Below are positions 38,401 to 47,400 of a stretch of 64,000 nucleotides of DNA, one piece after another. The DNA is taken from positions 372,001 through 436,000 of the forward strand of contig JASTWF010000356.1 in NCBI GenBank assembly GCA_030390025.1. The letters are read 5' to 3'. The notes beneath the pieces are model-generated. The model was given only the letters and a program-made list of their open reading frames with translations. It had not been told where the DNA came from and made no database searches. Every line of letters begins with the position of its first letter. Within the stretch, counting starts at the first letter, position 1. The translations under genes were made by a program, and so were the position numbers. This DNA comes from Squalus acanthias (taxonomy: Eukaryota).

Positions 38401-40580
38401 GGTTCTGTATCAGTTTCAGAAGCTTTATTAGTTTGAGGTTCTGTATCAGTTTCAGAAGCTTTATTAGTTTGAGGTTCTGTATCAGTTTCAGAAGCTCCAT
38501 TAGGTGGAGGTTCTGTATTAGATTCAGAAGCTTTATTAGTTTGAGGTTCTGTATCAGTTTCAGAAGCTTTATTAGTTTGAGGTTCTGTATCAGTTTCAGA
38601 AGCTCCATTAGGTGAAGGTTCTGTATCAGTTTCAGAAGCTTTATTAGTTTGAGGTTCTGTATCAGTTTCAGAAGCTTTATTAGTTTGAGGTTCTGTATCA
38701 GTTTCAGAAGCTCCATTAGGTGGAGGTTCTGTATTAGATTCAGAAGCTTTATTAGTTTGAGGTTCTGTATCAGTTTCAGAAGCTCCATTAGGTGGAGGTT
38801 CTGTATCAGTTTCAGAAGCTGCATTAGGTGAAGGTTCTGTATCAGTTTCAGAAGCTTTATTAGTTTGAGGTTCTGTATCAGTTTCAGAAGCTCCATTAGG
38901 TGGAGGTTCTGTATCAGTTTCAGAAGCTCCATTAGGTGGAGGTTCTGTATCAGTTTCAGAAGCTCCATTAGGTGGAGGTTCTGTATTAGATTCAGAAGCT
39001 CCATTAGGTGGAGGTTCTGTATTAGATTCAGAAGCTCCATTAGGTGGAGGTTCTCTATTAGTTTCAGAAGCTCCATTAGGTGGAGGTTCTCTATTAGTTT
39101 CAGAAGCTCCATTAGGTGGAGGTTCTCTATTAGTTTCAGAAGCTGTATTAGTTTGAGGTTCTGTATTAGTTTCAGAAGCTCCATTAGGTGGAGGTTCTAT
39201 ATTAGTTTCAGAAGCTCCATTAGGTGGAGGTTCTCTATTAGTTTCAGAAGCTCCATTAGGTGGAGGTTCTCTATTAGTTTCAGAAGCTGTATTAGTTTGA
39301 GGTTCTGTATTAGTTTCAGAAGCTCCATTAGGTGGAGGTTCTCTATTAGTTTCAGAAGCTCCATTAGGTGGAGGTTCTGTATCAGTTTCAGAAGCTGTAT
39401 TAGTTTGAGGTTCTGTATTAGTTTCAGAAGCTCCATTAGGTGGAGGTTCTGTATTAGTTTCAGAAGCTCCATTAGGTGGAGGTTCTGTATTAGATTCAGA
39501 AGCTGTATTAGTTTGAGGTTCTGTATCAGTTTCAGAAGCTGTATTAGTTTGAGGTTCTGTATCAGTTTCAGAAGCTCCATTAGGTGGAGGTTCTGTATTA
39601 GTTTCAGAAGCTGTATTAGTTTGAGGTTCTGTATCAGTTTCAGAAGCTCCATTAGGTGGAGGTTCTGTATTAGTTTCAGAAGCTGTATTAGTTTGAGGTT
39701 CTGTATCAGTTTCAGAAGCTCCATTAGGTGGAGGTTCTGTATCAGTTTCAGAAGCTCCATTAGGTGGAGGTTCTGTATTAGTTTCAGAAGCTCCATTAGG
39801 TGGAGGTTCTGTATCAGTTTCAGAAGCTCCATTAGGTGGAGGTTCTGTATCAGTTTCAGAAGCTTTATTAGTTTGAGGTTCTGTATCAGTTTCAGAAGCT
39901 CCATTAGGTGAAGGTTCTGTATTAGTTTCAGAAGCTCCATTAGGTGAAGGTTCTGTATTAGTTTCAGAAGCTCCATTAGGTGGAGGTTCTGTATCAGTTT
40001 CAGAAACTGCATTAGGTGGAGGTTCTGTATCAGTTTCAGAAGCTTTATTAGTTTGAGGTTCTGTATCAGTTTCAGAAGCTCCATTAGGTGAAGGTTCTGT
40101 ATTAGTTTCAGAAGCTCCATTAGGTGAAGGTTCTGTATTAGTTTCAGAAGCTCCATTAGGTGAAGGTTCTGTATCAGTTTCAGAAGCTTTATTAGTTTGA
40201 GGTTCTGTATCAGTTTCAGAAGCTCCATTAGGTGAAGGTTCTGTATTAGTTTCAGAAGCTCCATTAGGTGAAGGTTCTGTATTAGTTTCAGAAGCTCCAT
40301 TAGGTGGAGGTTCTGTATCAGTTTCAGAAACTGCATTAGGTGGAGGTTCTGTATCAGTTTCAGAAGCTGCATTAGGTGGAGGTTCTGTATTAGATTCAGA
40401 AGCTCCATTAGGTGGAGGTTCTGTATTAGTTTCAGAAGCTGCATTAGGTGGAGGTTCTGTACTAGTTTCAGAAGCTGCATTAGGTGGAGGTTCTGTATTA
40501 GATTCAGAAGCTGCATTAGGTGAAGGTTCTGTATCAGTTTCGGAAGCTGTATTAGGTGGAGGTTCTGAATCAGTTTCGGA
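35480..40580. repeat. Homogeneous 36-bp tandem array (~140 copies) with a ~1368-bp higher-order duplication
   Basis: Unit GGTTCTGTATCAGTTTCAGAAGCTCCATTAGGTGGA, a dimer of 18-mers; identical ORFs recur at 37065/38433 and 37281/38649. Confidence 0.95.
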
Positions 40581-40648
40581 TGCGGTATTGATTTGAGATG
40601 CAGTATTTGTTTGAGGATCTGCAGTAGATTGAGGTACACTATTAGTTT

Positions 40649-40800
40649 AATTTCCTGCTCTTTTCTCAGTTCCGACGAAGGGCTTCGACCTGAAACGTTA
40701 ACTCTGTTTCTCTCTGCACGGATGTTGCCTGGCCTGCTGAGTTTTTCCAGCGTTTTCTGTTGTTATTTCGGATTTCCAGCATCCGCAGTATTTAGCTATC
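40649..40800 (+). mobile_element. 152-bp Penelope pLTR-derived insertion with hammerhead-like motif and 15-bp target-site duplication
   Basis: GTACACTATTAGTTT at 40634-40648 and 40801-40815; AGTT-CCGACGA-AGGGCTTCGACCT-GAAACGTT-AACT. Confidence 0.8.
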
Positions 40801-41039
40801 GTACACTATTAGTTTGATGTTCTGTATTAGTTTGAGGTTCTGAATAAATTTGAAGTGCTGTGTTATTTTGAGGATCTGCATTGTTTTGAGTTGCTGTATT
40901 AGTTTGAGGAGCTGCAGTAGTTTTAGGTATTCTATTAGTTTGATGTTCTGTATTAGTTTTAGGTTCTGAATTAGTTTGAGGTGCTGTATTATTTTGAGGT
41001 TCTGTATTGTGTTGAGGTGCTGTATTAATTTGAGTAGCT

Positions 41040-41254
41040 TGTCATAAATCGCAAGTAACAACTCAGGAAGTACTACTGGGCGGCCAGCTGGGGCGCCGTC
41101 CAGGGAGTATAAATACTCAGGCATGGGCCCACCTTGGGCAGAGACAATCTGGAAACAGGAAGCTCGTGACTGCTAACTAGATCTCCATGTTTTGTTACAA
41201 GTTGATTAAAGCCTTGCTTTATGTTCAAGTGTGTAGTGAGTCTTTATTACGTCA
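41040..41254 (+). repeat. Gypsy 5' LTR
   Basis: TGTCATAAATC...TTATTACGTCA; TATAAATA near 41108; ATTAAA at 41205-41210. Confidence 0.97.
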
Positions 41255-41354
41255 ATTTAATCAACTTGATATCGTCTCCACGCTTTGGGTGATTCGGAAC
41301 AACCAGCTGCAACTCGAACCACAGAAGGGAACTAGGGCAAGAAACTGATCCATC

Positions 41355-43844
41355 ATGGAAAAACTCCTTAGACCTGCTCGTCTCCACCTGGACCCGAATG
41401 CACCTGCGGCAGCGAAGGTATGGAAGCATTGGTTTCGTACCTTTAGCAACTTTCTTGAAGAATGTGGGGCGGATGTCCCTAATAAGTTACGAATGCTTAT
41501 CAACTACGTGTCTCCTCATGTGTATGATTATATTGAGGACTGTATAGACTGTGACACTGCTATCGAAATCTTACAGCAGCTATATGTCAAGTCCCCAAAT
41601 GAAATCTTTGCTCGACACCTACTGGCCACAACTCGGCAGCAGCCTGGGGAATCACTCGATGAATTTCTCCAGAAACTTTGCAGGCTCAGCAAGGTTTGTA
41701 ACCTTAAAGCAGTTACAGCTGAACAGTATGAAGAGGAACTAATCCGCGATTCCTTTATCAATGGGATCGCGTCCCCTTTTATACGTCAGCGCCTGCTGGA
41801 AAATAAAACCCTCAATTTACGGGCTGCTTATGACCAGGCGTGTTCCTTGGACTTGGCCAAGAAAAATGCAGACACTTATCTCCCACCACGTGCACGGGCG
41901 GCGGCTATCTCCTTTAATGAGACTTTCGGTAGGTCTCGGGCGGATGCCCCCTCTGATGTCGACACTACTCTAACAGACGACGACCCTACCCTAGAGGCCT
42001 TCACTGATGACGACCCCGCCCTAGCAGCATCCTGGCAATCAGGAAGAAAGTGTTTCTTTTGTGGAGGGGCGTGCCATCACAGAAAATTTTGCCCGGCTCG
42101 TAATGTGACCTACAATCATTGCAGCAAGAAAGGACACTTTTCCAAGGTATGCCAGTCACGGGCCTTTGCTAACAAGAAAGGCCGCTCCTCTAAAGTATAC
42201 CGGTCGAGAGCTCCTGTTAGCTTCACAGCTGCTATCTATGGAGCTGCTCCTCCCACAGGAACCACTGTTAAGGCTACAGTTGCCGAAGGGAAAATTGCCC
42301 CTCCTCCCATCACGGCTGTTTTTCCCCAAAGTTTGTCCCATGCAGCCACGAAGGTTTCAGTAAATGGGCACACTCTAAGCGCGCTAATCGACTCCTGCAG
42401 CTCTGACAGCTTCATTAGTAAGCGGGCTGTCAACAGGTTAAAACTGCACACTTATCCCTCGGACAGGGAGATTGCAATGGCTCTGACGACTCTGACCACC
42501 AATTCTTCTGGCTTCTGTCTTGTCAACCTCATCCTCAACGGCCGCACGTATCTCTCCACCCGGCTTGGAGTACTCGAAAACTTATGTAGCGATGTGCTTC
42601 TGGGACAGGCCTTCCAGAAGCAGCACAAGAAGATCACTTTTGAGTTTGGAGGGTCAAGGCCGGAGCTTACCATTTCTAAGGTGCCGTTTTGTGCACTCTC
42701 GGCGGCCTTACTCGGTGAACCCTCCCTGTTTGCCAATCTTCCCCCCCGCTGTAAACCCATAGCCACCAAATCGCGGCGCTTTAGCCAAGACGATCGAGCG
42801 TTTATTGAGGCGGAAATCTCTCGCCTTTTAGTCGACGCTATTATCGAGCCATGTTCATCTCCCTGGCGGGCTCAGGTCGTCATCGTGAGGAATCCCTTAA
42901 AACAACATAAAAAACGTCTGTGTATCGATTATTCGCAGACTATTAATCAATATACTGATCTGGATGCCTACCCACTGCGACGCATAGATGACATGGTCAA
43001 CAACCTTGCCAAATACAAGGTATTCTCGACCTTCGATTTAAAAAGCGCGTACCGTCAGGTGCCACTGCAATACTCCGACAAGAAGTATACGGCCTTTGAG
43101 GCCAATGGTCGGCTTTTCCAGTTTCGCCGCCTTCCATTCGGGGTCACCAATGGGGTGGCCGTCTTCCAACGGGCCATGGATGTCCTAGTCCGGCAAGAGA
43201 ACTTGACGGATACCTTTCCGTATTTAGACAATATCACTATTGCCGGCCATGATCAAAAGGAGCATGACGCCAATCTTCAGAGATTTTTTGACGTACTCCG
43301 CCGTCGCCACTTAACGTTAAACGAATCCAAATCGGTGAAGTCGGTGCCATCGGTGAACATTCTTGGCTACTGGGTGGGCAACGGTGTTATTAAACCGGAC
43401 CCAGAGCGACTTCGTCCAATTCAGGAGCTCCCTCCCCCGACGAACCTCGGCTCTCTTCGTCGGGCACTTGGCATGTTTGCTTATTACGCAAAATGGATAC
43501 CACACTTCTCCGATAAAATACAGCCCCTGCTCCATGCGAAGTCTTTTCCATTGGTAGCTACGGCTATTTCTGCCTTCAACCTCCTCAAACGACAGCTGGA
43601 GAAAGCCACGCTTCGCTCCATTGACGAAAATCTTCCTTTTTTGGTCGAATGCGATGCATCGGAGGTGGCGATCTCCGCTACCTTGAATCAAGGTGGCCGA
43701 CCCGTGGCATTCCTATCCAGAACCTTGCAGGGTAGCGAGCTCCATTACCCCCCCCCCCGTCGAGAAGGAGGCTACGGCCATCATCGAGGCTGTACGCCAA
43801 TGGGGTCATTTTCTTGCTCGGCGTCATTTTACGCTTATAACTGA
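41355..43844 (+). pseudogene. Gypsy gag-pol (gag with zinc knuckles, protease, RT, RNase H), frameshifted at the C11 run 43748-43758
   Basis: CFFCGGACHHRKFC, HCSKKGHFSKVC, LIDSCSSDSF, RLCIDYSQTIN, FDLKSAY, LPFGVTNG, YLDN, ECDASE. Confidence 0.92.
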
Positions 43845-43862
43845 CCAGCGCTCTGTGGCCTT

Positions 43863-44134
43863 CATAGAAACATAGAAACATAGAATCTAGGAGCAGGAGT
43901 AGGCCATTCGGCCCGTCGAGCCTGCTCCGCCATTCAATACGATCATGGCTGATCATCCAAATCCAGTACCCTGTCCCTGCTTTAATCCCCACAGTACACA
44001 TATCCCACCCTACCCCCGTAACCCCACGTATTTAATTCCCCCTAACATATCCCATCCTATCACCCCACATATTTAATCCCCCCTAACACTAAGGGTCAAT
44101 TTATCATAGCCAAATCAACCTAACCCACACATTT
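43863..44134 (-). mobile_element. 5'-truncated SINE (HE1/V-SINE-like body with CR1-type tail) inserted in Gypsy pol
   Basis: (catagaaa)n tail and CR1 3' motif on + strand; splits the sequence SVAF-(M)-LDNRR. Confidence 0.75.
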
Positions 44135-45170
44135 TTGGATAACCGGAGGTGCACGAAAATCAAAAATAATAAAATTCAACTCTGGAGGATGGAGCTGGCT
44201 GCCTTTGGATATACTATCTGTTACCGACCCGGCAAACAGAATGTGGCCCCAGATACCTCGACACGGGCATTTTGCTCCTCAATGTCAACGTCGACTCTGG
44301 CGGATTTGCATATGGACTTATGCCATCCTGGTGTGACCCGCATGTTGCACTTTGTGCGCTCCAAAAATCTACCATTTTCAACCGAGGACGTAAAGAAAAC
44401 ATGCTCCTCCTGTAGGATTTGTGCAGAATTGAAACCACAATTCTTTCACCCATCAGATGGCTTACTCATACATGCAATGCAGCCTATGCAGAGGCTCAGC
44501 ATAGACTTTGAAGGGCCATTGCCTTCATCGACAAGGAACACCTACGTACTTACGATGGTGGACGAGTATTCACGCTTTCCCTTCGCCTTCCCCTGCCCTA
44601 ATATGCTTACCTCTACGGTAATTAAATGCCTCGATCAGGTCTTTTCCCTTTGCGGGACGGCCAATTTTGTCCACACTGATCGGGGTCCCTCCTTTATGTA
44701 GAGTGAACTTAAAAGTTATCTCTCCCAACGGGGAATCGCCTCAAGTAAGACGACACCATATCACCCAATCGGTAACGGACAGGTTGAACGATACAATGCC
44801 ATCATCTGGAACGCTGTCCGTCTGGCACTAAGTTCACGCAACCTGCTGGACCAGCAGTGGGAAACGGTGCTCCCCGACGCGTTACACTCTATCAGGTCTC
44901 TTCTCTCCACATCTACTAATGTCACACCTCATGAGCGATTCTTCAAATTCCGGCATCGCTCTACACATGGGACATCTCTACCATCATGGTTGGTGGCTCT
45001 AGGCCCGGTGCTACTCCGGAGGTTCGTCCGGTCTGCCAAAAACGACCCTCTCGTTGACGAGGTGGAGTTAACGGAGGTAAACCCCACGTATGCGCACGTA
45101 CAGTACCCTGATGGCCGGGAGACCACCGTCTCGCTCCGAGATCTGGCTCCCTGCCCAACCGGTCACACGG
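44135..45170 (+). pseudogene. Gypsy RNase H end and integrase (HHCC, DDE), with internal stop at 44699-44701
   Basis: LHMDLCHPG...CSSCRIC; IDFEGP, VDEYSRF, HTDRG, NGQVERYN; ETTVSLRDLAP. Confidence 0.9.
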
Positions 45171-45606
45171 GCCCGAATGATGAAGGATCCCCCGACAATG
45201 ATATCAACACTCCGCACCCCTATGAAAATGACGCCCCGCCTGGGACATCGGGGGATCTGCCGGCAACGCTACCAGATCAACTCAGGGAGCTGGACGCTTC
45301 CTGTAGGATGGCCACCCGAAACCAGGACGCTGGACAATCTCCAGCCACGACCCGGGATGAGGCCAGCTCAGCACCTGTGGGGACCCGCACCCGGAATCAT
45401 GATATTCCCAGTCCTCCACAGGATGATCAAGATGACGCGGACTCTACTGACTTACCGGTACGGGCCAAGCGACCCAGGGACCAGGACACGGTCCGGGGAG
45501 ACGTGCCTTCCAGTCACAAGCAGAGAGCTAAACGTCTATGGCTATTTCTGGTCCGCCTAGTCCGTTAAAGGAAGACTGGACTTCCAAACCTTTTAGGGAG
45601 GAAGAA

Positions 45607-45821
45607 TGTCATAAATCGCAAGTAACAACTCAGGAAGTACTACTGGGCGGCCAGCTGGGGCGCCGTCCAGGGAGTATAAATACTCAGGCATGGGCCCACC
45701 TTGGGCAGAGACAATCTGGAAACAGGAAGCTAGTGAATGCTAACTAGACCTCCATGTTTTGTTACAAGTTGATTAAAGCCTTGCTTTATGTTCAAGTGCG
45801 TAGTGAGTCTTTATTACGTCA
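45607..45821 (+). repeat. Gypsy 3' LTR
   Basis: 211 of 215 bases identical to the 5' LTR by manual comparison. Confidence 0.97.
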
Positions 45822-46904
45822 GAGCTGTATTAGTTTGAGGAGTTGCAGTAGTTTTAGGTACTCTAATAGTTTGATGTTCTGTATTAATCTGAGGTTCTGT
45901 ATTAGTTTGAGGTCCTGTATTATTTTGAGGTTCAGTATTAGTTTGAGGGGGTGTATTAGTTTGAGGGGGTGTATTAGTTTGAGGGGGTGTATTAGTTTGA
46001 GGTACTGTATTAGTTTGAGGGGCTGTATTAGTTTGAGGGGCTGTATTAGTTTGAGGTTCTGTATTAGTTTGAGGGACTGTATTAGTTTGAGGGGCTGTAT
46101 TAGTTTGAGGTACTGTATTAGTTTGAGGGGGTGTATTAGTTTGAGGTTCTGTATTAGTTTGAGGGACTGTATTAGTTTGAGGTACTGTATTAGTTTGAGG
46201 GGGTGTATTATTTTGAGTTTCTGTATTAGTTTGAGGGACTGTATTAGTTTGAGGGGCTGTATTAGTTTGAGGGGCTGTATTAGTTTGAGGTTCTGTATTA
46301 GTTTGAGGGACTGTATTAGTTTGAGGGGCTGTATTAGTTTGAGGTACTGTATTAGTTTGAGGGGGTGTATTAGTTTGAGGGTCTGTATTAGTTTGAGGGG
46401 CTGTATTAGTTTGAGGAACTGTATTAGTTTGAGGGGCTGTATTAGTTTGAGGGGCTGCATTAGTTTGAGGGGCTGTATTAGTTTAAGGTACTGTATTAGT
46501 TTAAGGTGCTGTATTCGTCTGAGGTGCTGTATTTCTTTAAGGTAATATATTAGTTTTAGGTGCTGTATTACTTTAAGGTCCTTTATTAGTTTGAGGTGCT
46601 GTATACTTCAAGGTGCTTATTAGTTTGAGGGTCTGAATTAGTTTGAGGTGCTGTATAAGTTTGAGGTGCTGCATCATGTTGAGGTGACGTATCAGTTTGA
46701 TCTTTTGTGTTAGATTCAGGAGTTGTATTAGTTGGAGGTAATACGAGTTTGAGGTGCTGCCGTAGTTTGTATTTCTGTATTAGTTTAAGATGTAATATTA
46801 GTCTGAGATGCTGCATTAGTTAAAGTTTCTGTAGTCGCTGGCGCTATTGCATTAGTTTGAGGTTATATGTTGGATTGATGTGCTTTGTTAGTTTGAGGTG
46901 CCGT

Positions 46905-47400
46905 ATCAAAGCAACGGCTGTGGCGAGAGGGTAAAGTGCGGCCCGCGAGCGGACCTGAATTAAAGCAGCGGCAGCGGGGAGAGGATAAAGAGCGGCCCGA
47001 GAGCGGAGCTGAATTAAAGCAGTGACAGCGGCGGGAGGATAAAGAGCGGCCCGAGAGCGGAGCTGAATTAAAGCAGCGACAGCGGGGAGAGGATAAAGAG
47101 CGGCCCGAGAGCGGAGCTGAATTAAAGCAGTGACAGCGGCGGGAGGATAAAGAGCGGCCCGAGAGCGGAGCTGAATTAAAGCAGCGACAGCGGCGGGAGG
47201 ATAAAGAGTGGCCCGAGATCGGACCTGTTATAAAGCAGTGACAGCGGCGAGAGGATAAAGAGCGGCCCGAGAGTGGACCTGAATTAAAACAGCGGCAGCG
47301 GCGAGAGGATAAAGAGCGGCCCGAGAGCGGACCTGAATTAAAACAGCGGCAGTGGCGAGAGGATAAAGAGCGGCCCGAGAGCGGAGCTGAATTAAAGCAA
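46905..47400. repeat. 54-bp GC-rich tandem repeat (~9 copies) at the 5' end of a CR1
   Basis: Unit GAGAGGATAAAGAGCGGCCCGAGAGCGGAGCTGAATTAAAGCAGCGACAGCGGC. Confidence 0.9.

Larger units (their letters stand above)
41040..45821 (+). mobile_element. Full-length Ty3/Gypsy LTR retrotransposon, inactivated
   Basis: 215-bp LTRs TG...CA with 4 mismatches; TSD TAGCT/GAGCT; polypurine tract AGGGAGGAAGAA before the 3' LTR; domain order gag-PR-RT-RH-INT. Confidence 0.97.
33530..46905. repeat. Large 18-bp-unit satellite (GTATTAGTTTGAGGTGCT-like) with homogenised 36-bp core, interrupted by a LINE piece, a pLTR insert and a Gypsy element
   Basis: Diverged 18-mers at 33530-33750, 34290-35480, 40560-41039 and 45822-46905. 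Confidence 0.92.

Noticed and set aside
35480..40580. CRISPR-like appearance of the 33-, 36- and 42-bp repeats
   Set aside because: Head-to-tail repeats with no unique spacers, no cas genes and a vertebrate context.
35252..40639. 1310-aa and 480-aa Leu-rich ORFs (LKLIQNLHLMEL)n and + strand (FCISFRSSIRWR)n ORFs
   Set aside because: Alternative frames of the 36-bp satellite with no domain content; not LRR or coiled-coil genes.
44867..45568. Possible env or chromodomain after the Gypsy integrase
   Set aside because: The tail is low-complexity and Pro/Asp/Thr-rich, with no recognisable chromodomain, signal peptide or transmembrane segment.
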